Origin: Phycisphaerae bacterium
Lineage (GTDB): Bacteria; Planctomycetota; Phycisphaerae; UBA1845
Length of the DNA stretch: 64,000 nucleotides
Reading direction: 5' to 3'
Assembly: GCA_963666835.2 (NCBI GenBank)
Contig: CAXXGO010000001.1
Coordinates: 1,984,001 to 2,048,000, forward strand
The notes under the pieces were generated by a model that was not told where the DNA came from, ran no database searches, and saw only the letters and a program-made list of their open reading frames with translations. Below are positions 10,406-19,137 of this stretch, piece by piece (position 1 is the stretch's first letter; each line of letters begins with the position of its first letter). Made by a program: the position numbers and the translations under genes.

Positions 10406-10524
10406 ACGGCGAAGATCGTCTCGAAGTACCGGCGATAGCCGCCGGTCGCGGTAAGGATCTTCGGCGGAAAGCAAGCAAAGGTACTATAACGATATAGGCA
10501 TTATTATGTCTGGAGGAGAGAATC

Positions 10525-11187
10525 ATGGCATTGGGAATGAACGATCGGAACGGAACGAAGGGCATTGTGGGGGTGTTGGCAGCCGTTGCGGTGGCGTGCA
10601 TGCCGGTTACGAGCCTGGGGGAGCTTATTGATTTGGATTTGCGGCTTCCGGCAGGGGCGCCGGCCACATACAACGTGGGCGATGATGTGTTGGTCGAATT
10701 GTGGTTCGAATGGGATGGGGATGGAACGGCTCCGAAGTGGACCGGGGCGGATGTGTTCTTCGCCTGGGATGCCGCACTTGACTTCACGGGTTGGCAGGAC
10801 GCTGTGCCGGATCCGGGACCGGACGCGTGGCCCATTGATAACTCCGGGGTGCTCCCCACTGATCCTGTGGACCCCCAGCAGAGGCTTTGGTGGGGCACAA
10901 CCGGCAACCATGGAGACGTGGAATCGGTTGCGGCACCCGGGATGCACATAACAACTCTCGAGTTTGAAGCGGTAAGTGCTGCGGATTGGGCGGTGGTCGA
11001 GATTATCGAGGGCGATGCCTGGGGCGACACGAGCATACGCCTCGGTTCTTCGTGGGATAACCTTGCCGGCAGTCTGGGTGACATGGGCGTGATCGTTGTG
11101 CCCGAGCCGGCGGCCGGGGCGTTGGCACTGGCAGGGCTGGTCTGCCTTGGTTTCCGGGTGATGAGAAGACGCGAGAGGCAGGCCTAG
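10525..11187 (+). CDS. PEP-CTERM sorting-domain protein with cohesin-like domain
   Basis: GGAGGAG RBS; signal peptide; C-terminal VPEP + TM helix + RRRER; YNVGDDVLVELW..GADVFFAWD..TTLEFEAV cohesin-like pattern. Confidence 0.85.
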   Translation: MALGMNDRNGTKGIVGVLAAVAVACMPVTSLGELIDLDLRLPAGAPATYNVGDDVLVELWFEWDGDGTAPKWTGADVFFAWDAALDFTGWQDAVPDPGPDAWPIDNSGVLPTDPVDPQQRLWWGTTGNHGDVESVAAPGMHITTLEFEAVSAADWAVVEIIEGDAWGDTSIRLGSSWDNLAGSLGDMGVIVVPEPAAGALALAGLVCLGFRVMRRRERQA

Positions 11188-11360
11188 CGAACGAGAATGC
11201 CGCGCGCTTAGTCGGTATGATTGGCCGTGGACGGTGCGAATGGAGGCAGGAAGCTCCGCAAGGCGAGTTCGCTGATTCACCCGGCTGGGTCTTCGCTTCC
11301 AAGAGTCCGGTACGAGACGGTAGGTTTGAGATAAGGCGACCATCCTGAGGGGGAAGGGCA

Positions 11361-12083
11361 GTGAGGAATCTTTGGCGTACGTTGATCACGGCGGGAATCG
11401 TGGTTTGCCAGATCGGCAGGGTCGCTCTGGCGGAAGGTCCGGAGCGTTTGGAACTGGCAACGATGCAAAGCGCGGGATCGGCGACGGCGGTCCTGCAGGT
11501 TGAACTCAGTGATATCGACCAGGACCATCCCATCTACGGGGTGACCATGAACCTGGAGTGGGATCCGGGGAGTTGCTGGCAGATAGCCGCCCCCGAAGAC
11601 GCTGCACCCGGGCCCGGTTTCGACAACATGCAGCCGGCGATCAGTCCGGGCAGTATTAGCTTCACCGCTACCCGTACTGATGCTATCGAGATCGGACAGG
11701 TTGTCGCCACCTTTACGTTTACGGCCGAGATTGGTAGCGAGGATTGTTGTCTGGAGCAAGTTTGCCTGGCTCCCGGAGCGTTTCCCACGACGACCTCGTT
11801 GATAGGGCCTGGATATCCGCCCGGTCAGCCACCCTACCGGAGCGTGCCGATCCTGGGCCCTTGCGTGGGACTGCGGGTTCTCGGCGATGTGGACGTCGAT
11901 GGGAACGTAGACTTGGAGGATGCCGACCGGTTCATCGGTTGCATGGATGGTCCTGCTAGTGCGCCGACGGATCCGTGCTGTACCGTGTTTGATTACGTTG
12001 CCGACGAGATGATCGACCTTCGCGATCTCGCGGAGTTTATGAACGACGTGACCGATGCCGTTTCCGTGAGTGCTTCCGATTGA
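11361..12083 (+). CDS. Small secreted cohesin-like + dockerin-like protein
   Basis: Signal peptide; EGPERLEL, LEWDPGSCWQ, CCLEQVCL..G.FP shared with the 6872 protein; tail GDVDVDGNVDLEDA...DYVADEMIDLRDL. Confidence 0.8.
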   Translation: MRNLWRTLITAGIVVCQIGRVALAEGPERLELATMQSAGSATAVLQVELSDIDQDHPIYGVTMNLEWDPGSCWQIAAPEDAAPGPGFDNMQPAISPGSISFTATRTDAIEIGQVVATFTFTAEIGSEDCCLEQVCLAPGAFPTTTSLIGPGYPPGQPPYRSVPILGPCVGLRVLGDVDVDGNVDLEDADRFIGCMDGPASAPTDPCCTVFDYVADEMIDLRDLAEFMNDVTDAVSVSASD

Positions 12084-12241
12084 TGCAGGTAGTCGTGGGT
12101 TCGGATTGCCGAAAGCGAAGAGCGGAGTTCCGACGGGACTCTGAGTTGTAGGATGCTGAGAATATATGGGTGGAACTTTCGATCGGCACGGGGCGGTGTG
12201 GCGATCGAGAGTCGGCTGTTGCGAAGCAGGGGTGAGTATGC

Positions 12242-12571
12242 TCAGGTGCCTACGACAATGCGTCGGCAGAGCTGTTTGAGTTCCTCAACGGAGGCGCTGC
12301 AGTCGTCGACGGAGGCGGCCTTGGCTTTCTGCTCCAACTCGGTCGCGTGCTTGGTCAGAATGGGGTATCCGTAACCGCCTCCGCTTCCTTTGAGCTGATG
12401 GGCCGCGACGCGCAGGGCTTCGAAATCCGCCGCGTTGACTGCTTCTTCCATCGTTCTCAGACGCTCGCCCAGGCCATCGACGAACTGCACCACGATGTCC
12501 GCAAAGGAGGCATCTTCCGCGACGAGTTCGGAACCGATGGGATCCTCAGGCATTGGATTCTCACTGGTCAT
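12242..12571 (-). CDS. Stand-alone Hpt (histidine phosphotransfer) protein
   Basis: AAHQLKGSGGGYG Hpt motif. Confidence 0.9.
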   Translation of the reverse strand: MTSENPMPEDPIGSELVAEDASFADIVVQFVDGLGERLRTMEEAVNAADFEALRVAAHQLKGSGGGYGYPILTKHATELEQKAKAASVDDCSASVEELKQLCRRIVVGT

Positions 12572-12976
12572 GCTCTTAGCCCTTGTCTTGCCGGCGCGTT
12601 GCCCGACGCACGATTCCCCCGACCCACCGTAGGTCAGTTATCGTCATCTGTTAGAGCGCAGTTTTGTTAACGTCCGTGTCGGTTGACGTGCGGGTCCGTG
12701 CCGCAGGACTTGCTTGTATATTGTATAGTGGTGCCGGTGACGCCGCTGTCGGCCCCTTGATCGCGCGGAGGCCTCACGTGGGTATGCTATTGCGCGGCGA
12801 AAGCTGCAGGGTTATAGGGCGTTGGCGCGACGGAAGCACGGTCGATAGGCCGGCGGACCCGCAGACAGCATAGTAGGCCGCCGATAATGGTGTTGAGCGC
12901 GGGGATTCCGTCCGGCTCGCGGGGGCCGACACGGTTCTGAGCAAAACGGACAAACCGACGGTGCCCCATTTGCGGG

Positions 12977-14821
12977 GTGATGGTGAAGACCTTGTCTACG
13001 GCTAGGATCCTACTGAGTTCTGCTATCTTGGCGATCGGCGGCGTTCCGTTGGGATGCGGTCCGGTTTCGGTATCGGATGCGATCGATGATGCCGACGAGG
13101 TGTACGTATTCGAGGACGACGAAGATCCGGCAACGGCCGCTCTCCCAGTGGTGGAGGGCGAACTACTGGTCCAGCCGTTCCCCGGAGCGGGGGACGAGTC
13201 CCTGGTGCAGGTTTACTCTGCGGCGGGCGCGGCGCGGATCGGGCAGCTCGCGGAAATCGGAGTCGACGTGCTGGAGGTCGATCCGGACCAACTTGCAGAA
13301 GCGGCCGGGCAACTCTCCGAAAGTGGTCTTATTGAGGGGATCCACAAGAACTACCTTCTTAGAGCGGAGGAGATCCCCGACGATCCGCTGTATCAGCAAC
13401 AACCCCACCTCAGGCAGATAAAGGCCGAGGATGCGTGGGATATGAGTATTGGTGACGAAGATGTCATCATCGCGATTGTCGATACCGGGGTGGATCCGGA
13501 TCATCCCGACCTGGCCGACAAGATCATCGATGGTTGGAACGTCTTCGACGGAGACTCCGACTTCGGTGCGGGGCTTGATCACGGCACTCTCGTTGCCGGT
13601 GTGGCGGGGGCATTATCCGACAACGACACGGGAGTTGCCGGGGTTGCCTGGGACTGCCCGATCATTGCCGTGCGAGCAACCGGCGCAACGGGAGGAACCA
13701 GTGCGCGAGATCTGGCCGCGGGGATTCTGTGGGCAACGGGTCATGGGGCTCGGGTAATCAACGTCAGCTTCGCCCCGCTCTGGTCTAACAGTATAGTCAG
13801 CTCGGCGGCCGAGTATGCCTACGCACGGGGGGCTCTGGTTGTCATCAGCTCGGGGAATTCCGGTGGCACCCATTCCGCATCCGGATATCCGGAGGCGTTG
13901 TTCGTTGGGGCGGTCGATGACGATGGGCGTATTGCCGACTTCTCCGATCGCGGACCTTTTGTCGACGTGGTGGCCCCCGGGGTATCGATCCGCTCTACGG
14001 CACCCGAGGCGACTTACCGGGTAGCCAGCGGCACGTCGTTCGCTGCTCCGATTGTCACCGGATTAGCGGCGCTGGTTTGGTCGGTTAACCCGGATTTACG
14101 CCCCGTATCCGTTGTGGAGATCATCACGGGCAGCGCCACGGACATCGGGAGCCGGGGTGAAGACAGCACCTACGGCTTCGGGCTGGTCAATGCTGAACAG
14201 GCACTGGAGGACGCGGCCGATTGGTCGGTTGAGAGCGACCACACGCCGCCTACCGTCAGGATCACTCGGCCCTCGGATAACGCGGTCCTGACCGGGAACA
14301 CCGCCGTATCCGTCGCGGCGACAGATCGGTGGGGGGTCGCTGACGTAGTGTTGTCGGTGGATGGTGTCCCGTTTGCCACTGATGGGCGAAGTCCGTATCG
14401 CTTCGTAATCGATACGACGCAATACTCGCCCGGACGGCATGAGCTGAGCGTCGTGGCTACGGACCATGCGGGTAACCCCGCAACGGAGAAGACGGTGTCA
14501 GTCGTTTTCGGGGCGACCGATGACGGAGATGCGGCGGAGTCGGAAGGTGGCATTGTCTTCGTATCTCCGTCCGAGGGATCGACCGTTTCCGGAACCGTCA
14601 CTATCAAGGCGGTGGTGTCCGCGGAGGCCGGTCTGGCGACCGCAGAGTGGCTGGTGGACGGTTCGTCACGTCTGGTCAGCAAGATGTCGGGCAAGTCCTC
14701 GGAAGTGGTCTACGCCTGGCGCACAGCCGGAGTCGATGCCGGGACGCACACGATATCCCTGGTGGTGATCGATAGCGCCGGTGGACGATTCAGTGAAAGT
14801 CTGACGCTGAAGACGCGCTGA
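12977..14821 (+). CDS. Subtilisin-family (S8) serine protease with two C-terminal Ig-like (Big) domains, possible lipoprotein
   Basis: Catalytic motifs IVDTG, HGTLVAG, GTSFAAP; oxyanion SSGN; PTVRITRP...DHAGN Big-type domain; PLGC after a hydrophobic stretch. Confidence 0.92.
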   Translation: MMVKTLSTARILLSSAILAIGGVPLGCGPVSVSDAIDDADEVYVFEDDEDPATAALPVVEGELLVQPFPGAGDESLVQVYSAAGAARIGQLAEIGVDVLEVDPDQLAEAAGQLSESGLIEGIHKNYLLRAEEIPDDPLYQQQPHLRQIKAEDAWDMSIGDEDVIIAIVDTGVDPDHPDLADKIIDGWNVFDGDSDFGAGLDHGTLVAGVAGALSDNDTGVAGVAWDCPIIAVRATGATGGTSARDLAAGILWATGHGARVINVSFAPLWSNSIVSSAAEYAYARGALVVISSGNSGGTHSASGYPEALFVGAVDDDGRIADFSDRGPFVDVVAPGVSIRSTAPEATYRVASGTSFAAPIVTGLAALVWSVNPDLRPVSVVEIITGSATDIGSRGEDSTYGFGLVNAEQALEDAADWSVESDHTPPTVRITRPSDNAVLTGNTAVSVAATDRWGVADVVLSVDGVPFATDGRSPYRFVIDTTQYSPGRHELSVVATDHAGNPATEKTVSVVFGATDDGDAAESEGGIVFVSPSEGSTVSGTVTIKAVVSAEAGLATAEWLVDGSSRLVSKMSGKSSEVVYAWRTAGVDAGTHTISLVVIDSAGGRFSESLTLKTR

Positions 14822-15316
14822 CAACCCGCACCCGCCTGGCAATCGTACTCGGTGTATTGATCTGCGGGCGCGCCGTGAGCTACCGGGCGAGGGCCGCGCT
14901 TTTCCTCGACAAGCCGCTTCTATAGACCATAAAGTCGTTTAGCTTGGCCGATCACCGCACGGTGGTCTCGTTGTTTCTGCGCTCGGTCTTCACCGGCCTT
15001 TCTCTTTTTCGTTCGTTTCTATTCTGCTAAACTGGGACCATACGGGAGTTCAACGGGCCGGACGCCCTGAGATGCCGGCGTTTCGTCACACCTGGGTTTT
15101 CGAGTGTGCCGCTGCTTTCGAGTAGTCCGGGGATGGGGCACGGTGCGGATCTAACCCGGACCTCTACGTGTGGCGGAGCATTAGCTTGGCTGATGTCACG
15201 ACCGATATGGCAGTCCAGTCTCTCCGGCAGTCTGAGGAATCAGGATGCCCGCCGGAGTCCGCCCCGATCGGGCGAGACGCGGCTACGCAGGAAATTGCAG
15301 TTCAAGGAGGACGGCG

Positions 15317-16390
15317 ATGGCGAAAACGCGGTGTTCCCGCCTTTCGGTAGTATGGTGTGTTGGCGTGCTCTTGGCACTGAGTGGGTGCCAGGCGCCTGGC
15401 GGGAAAGGCAGATTGGACCGAGATAACGCAAAGGCGGCGCGCGCGGTTTCTGCGACCGCCCAATCGGACTTGGTGGTATGCTCCTGGAACATTAAGTGGT
15501 TCGGTAGGTCGGAGCCGAGCAAATACGATCTAACGGCGATCGCCGACTTCGCGCAGACCTGTGACGTGCTGGCCGTTCAGGAGGTTACGGGGCGCTACTA
15601 CGAGGAGTGTCTCGATGCGGTGATCGCCAAGCTGGCCGAGCGGGGCCTGTCGTATCGCTACGAGTGCAGCGAAGAGACGGGTTACGACGAGAATCCGGAC
15701 CCGAACAAACACAACTACCTGGAGCGCTTTGCGTTCCTATGGAACGCGGATTCGGTGGACCTTACCGACACGGCTGGTCTGGTCAGCGATCCGGCCATCA
15801 ACCATTCAGTATTTCGCCAAGTTCCGTTTGTGGCCGACTTCGCAGTGACCGGGGGGCGAGGGTTCGACTTCCGCGTAATGACGGTCCACACGACGTACAA
15901 CAAGGATATCAATTACGTTCGGCGTGACGAGATCAGTTTCATAAGAGACTGGGTTGTCGCTGAGTCTCATGGCGACGAGCAGAACATCATTGCTATCGGA
16001 GATTTCAATGCGAATCCGCCGTCTCAATCGCAGGGGCACTTTTTCGCCGAGATCATCCCCGACGAGTCGGATTTCCGGGTACTGATGTACGAGTCGGCTG
16101 CGGCGGGTGAGACGCCCGTGCGTACGACGGTGCCGACGAAGGACTCATCTGCCGATCCCGACTACTTCATTGAACCGGTGTACGATCACATTCTCGTATC
16201 CCATCCGACAAGTTATGCGTTGCCCGGCAATCCCATGACCAGGCGCGACGGACACATGGGAGTCGCGGAATTCGATAACGATTCACGTTGGATGGAGCTG
16301 GGTCTGACGCGGCGTCAGATCATTCGAGCGGTCTCCGACCATCGCCCCGTGTGGTTTAAACTTGATTACCATGCCGAAGATCTCGATTGA
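15317..16390 (+). CDS. Endonuclease/exonuclease/phosphatase (DNase I-like) family lipoprotein
   Basis: AAGGAGG before ATG 15317; lipobox LSGC; motifs SWNI, VQE, GDFN, YDHI, SDHRPV. Confidence 0.9.
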   Translation: MAKTRCSRLSVVWCVGVLLALSGCQAPGGKGRLDRDNAKAARAVSATAQSDLVVCSWNIKWFGRSEPSKYDLTAIADFAQTCDVLAVQEVTGRYYEECLDAVIAKLAERGLSYRYECSEETGYDENPDPNKHNYLERFAFLWNADSVDLTDTAGLVSDPAINHSVFRQVPFVADFAVTGGRGFDFRVMTVHTTYNKDINYVRRDEISFIRDWVVAESHGDEQNIIAIGDFNANPPSQSQGHFFAEIIPDESDFRVLMYESAAAGETPVRTTVPTKDSSADPDYFIEPVYDHILVSHPTSYALPGNPMTRRDGHMGVAEFDNDSRWMELGLTRRQIIRAVSDHRPVWFKLDYHAEDLD

Positions 16391-16555
16391 GTACGGGGTA
16401 TCTGGTGCAATTCCGCGCGCTTTTGGGGGCGGCTTCGGCTGCGGTTCGCACTATGTCGATTCGAGTTTGGGGTTATAGGGCCGGCGTGTTATAATCCGCT
16501 GGTCTAATCGGTTACGCTCGTGAGCGACGCACACTTTCTTGTCGGAGGGGCGAGG

Positions 16556-18022
16556 ATGTTTTGGTGTACGACAAAATCTTGCGCCGCGCTGGCCTCGGGG
16601 GTTGTTGGGCTCTTGTTGTTGGGCGCGCATCAGGTTGGGGCTGTTGGTGTTCCACGTGTCAATCCGTCAAACGGCGTGATCGTAGACTTGGGCTCAGCGG
16701 CAGTGCTGGAATCGGATGGTGCTGCCTTCGAAAGTCCGCCGCCGGCTCAACCCCTTACGAAAACTGCTTCCCTCAGTGACTCTTCCGCCGTTTGTATTGT
16801 TGTAGACGGGGAGTGTCATCCGATGGGCAGTCTGGCTCACGTTGCCGTCGAGCTGTGCGAGGGTGTTTCGGTGATCACGGGGGGGCAGTTCTCCATCCAA
16901 TACCCGCCGGATGCGCTACGCTTGGTAGGCATTGCTCCGGGGGCCGAGTGTGACCTGAGTTCGCCGTTTGCGCTTGAAGTCTACGAGCATGTGGACCGGG
17001 CGGTTGGTCGGGTTGATTACGCGGTGATCGTGGACGCGGCGATGGGAGGAGTGGGTACGCCGGGACCGGCCTCGCTGGCGTGTGCGTTGTTTGAAGTGGT
17101 CGGCGAGGTTCCGGACAATTCGGTTTGCTTGTTTGACGGGGGTAATCCTCTTCCTGCGGTATTAAGTGATGAACACGGGGTGGCGATCGCAATTGACAAC
17201 TCGTTGGACTGTCCACCAGAATTACCGTTGCCGATTCTCTCGTGTGGAGAGGTGGTAGTATCTCCAACGTGCGAGTGTGAGGAGGGCACGCCGGATTGCG
17301 GCGCATACAGCGGGGACTGCTCCGAGGGCTTCTGTGATGAGGCTCTCGGGCGATGTGTGGGCCTACCCATCAACGAGGGGGGGGCATGCGACGACGGCGA
17401 TTCCTGTACGACGGTGGATACCTGTGAAGATGGCGTGTGCGTAGGCACCGGTTGCCCTCATCCGAGCTTGTGTATTGACATCGAAGACGAATGCCAGCTC
17501 CACACGGGGTGGATGGAGGTGCGGATCGAGCTGGGGGAGGGCGATTCCACGGTTGTGGGAGGACAGTTTGCCATCGAATACGACCCCGCTCATGCGCGGT
17601 TCATCGATGCATCCCCGGGACGGTTATGCGATCCGACATCGCCGTTCGTAACCGAGATCTACGAGGAAGTGAACGAGAGTATGGGTAAGATATTCTACGC
17701 TGCCGGCGTCAGCCCGTTGGGGGGCGATGAGGGTACCAGCGGCCCGTCTACGTTGGCGTGCCTGACTTTTCAGTATCGGGGCATGTACCAGAGCGAAATC
17801 TGCATTATGGAGGGCGTGAACCCGCGCACGACCATACTCTCCGACGATCACGGGATTGCGGCGCCCTTTCGCAATGTAGGAGTATGCGAGGAAGAACCTC
17901 CCGCAATTGCATGCGACGACACGTGCACGCCAATCCCGACGGTGTCGCACTGGGGGCTGATCGTCCTGGCGTTATTGCTGTTGATTGCAGGGAAGGCTCG
18001 CTTCGGCGGGATGCGCGAGTAG
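16556..18022 (+). CDS. IPTL-CTERM protein with two cohesin-like domains (putative anchoring scaffoldin)
   Basis: Signal peptide; internal repeat GGQFSIQYPP / GGQFAIEYDP with SPF..E.YE.V and GP..LAC..F; Cys-rich linker CDDGDSCTTVDTC; tail IPTVSHWGLIVLALLLLIAG + K/R. Confidence 0.85.
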   Translation: MFWCTTKSCAALASGVVGLLLLGAHQVGAVGVPRVNPSNGVIVDLGSAAVLESDGAAFESPPPAQPLTKTASLSDSSAVCIVVDGECHPMGSLAHVAVELCEGVSVITGGQFSIQYPPDALRLVGIAPGAECDLSSPFALEVYEHVDRAVGRVDYAVIVDAAMGGVGTPGPASLACALFEVVGEVPDNSVCLFDGGNPLPAVLSDEHGVAIAIDNSLDCPPELPLPILSCGEVVVSPTCECEEGTPDCGAYSGDCSEGFCDEALGRCVGLPINEGGACDDGDSCTTVDTCEDGVCVGTGCPHPSLCIDIEDECQLHTGWMEVRIELGEGDSTVVGGQFAIEYDPAHARFIDASPGRLCDPTSPFVTEIYEEVNESMGKIFYAAGVSPLGGDEGTSGPSTLACLTFQYRGMYQSEICIMEGVNPRTTILSDDHGIAAPFRNVGVCEEEPPAIACDDTCTPIPTVSHWGLIVLALLLLIAGKARFGGMRE

Positions 18023-18156
18023 CCCGGGGTGGGAGACTGGTTGCTTCACCAGAGCGGCGGGGCTTCGCGGCCGGGATAGGGACTCTGCCCGGTGCGGTTG
18101 AAACGCGGTGAAGCCGGTAAGGACGGGCTCGCTGAATCGGCGGTGACGCCGGTTCG

Positions 18157-18513
18157 TCAGTGGATGTGGTTGTACAAGTCCGGAGCGGGCAGCTCGTGGA
18201 GTTTCGGGTATGTAGCCAAGACCTCGCCGATCCAGGTGTTCTGTTGATGCGGCGACATCAGGTCGAACTCGTCACAAGCATCCACCCATTCATCCAGTTC
18301 GTCGTCCGAGAGAAAGCCCATATTCTCGCTGGTGACCACGCGATCGGTCTTGTCGACGGCGTAACCCAACGCCGGGTTATTGTCGATCTCGACGATGAAA
18401 CGCACGACGGCCTTGAACGTGTCGGAAAACGCTCGCGCGCGCCCCTGCGGATGCGTCACCGACGGCATCAGGACGTAATCGGATTGATCCAAAAGGAGCG
18501 GCTGATTGCTCAT
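18157..18513 (-). CDS. Hypothetical protein (118 aa)
   Basis: Protein-like acidic sequence from MSNQPLL; the longer 271-aa ORF extension looks non-coding. Confidence 0.6.
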   Translation of the reverse strand: MSNQPLLLDQSDYVLMPSVTHPQGRARAFSDTFKAVVRFIVEIDNNPALGYAVDKTDRVVTSENMGFLSDDELDEWVDACDEFDLMSPHQQNTWIGEVLATYPKLHELPAPDLYNHIH

Positions 18514-18652
18514 ACGGGTCAGCATACCTGTTCGAACGCCTAAGAACCAGAGAAAAGTGCGTTTGGCTGGGCAATTGTGTTTCTGCAAGTCGGCAGCGGA
18601 TGGGGCTAGCGAATGCGTGGTAACCCTAGGTCCGGTATTGTTCTCGAGACTA

Positions 18653-18994
18653 GCGGCGATCGGCGGAGACGCGTTGGGTCTACCCAATGGGTTGCCGGTG
18701 GGGAAGATGCCGGAAAGCCGGAACACCACAGAGGTTACAGCACGTTGCCGCGGGCGTCTGACTGTCCGACGAGACGGCTGCAGCTTCACGGGCGGTGTGA
18801 CTTGTGCGCCCGGCGCCTGTGAGTTTACGAGATCCGACCGTGCATTGTCGAACAACCGGACGCGCCCCAAGACGTTGGTGCCGGATGAAAAGCCCCCGGG
18901 AGCCTCAAAAGACTGACCGTCTGCGGCTGAGTTATCGGGCGTAATACCGCGGATTCGAAGGGACGCGGACATACGAAAGCACCGGTCTTGCCGC
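18653..18994 (+). ncRNA. Candidate ~340-nt structured non-coding RNA, family unassigned
   Basis: Ends pair (18653-18663 with 18982-18994); nested helices 18689-98/18896-905, 18740-43/18878-81, 18754-60/18857-63, 18785-94/18814-23; G-U pairs favour the + strand. Confidence 0.55.
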
Positions 18995-19137
18995 CTTCTG
19001 CCGTAATCTGATCGGCAACTGTAGTGTCAAGAGTATGGCATCTCACGCGCGCGGGCTGAGATGAAAGCTCCTCGTTCCGGCCGGAGATTGGGGTCGGTCC
19101 GGCGCGGATGAGGGTGTTCTTGCCGGCGGAAGGGGCT

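Noticed and set aside
18705..18735. GGAAAGCCGGAACACCACAGAG resembles the RNase P RNA 5' conserved region
   Set aside because: It lacks GAGGAAAGUCC and the 3' ACAGAAxxCGGCUUA element, so it is not called rnpB.
18803..18815. GTGCGCCCGGC resembles a group IIC intron 5' end
   Set aside because: No domain V/VI and no reverse transcriptase ORF nearby.
18880..18903. GGATGAAAAGCCCCCGGGAG resembles the ykkC/guanidine-I riboswitch 3' end
   Set aside because: The 5' CUAGGGUUCCG/GGUCCGAG elements do not match, and no gene lies downstream on that strand.
18514..18972. 5' extension of the 271-aa minus-strand ORF
   Set aside because: Arg/Pro/Ser-rich shadow-like composition; only the last 118 aa look like protein.
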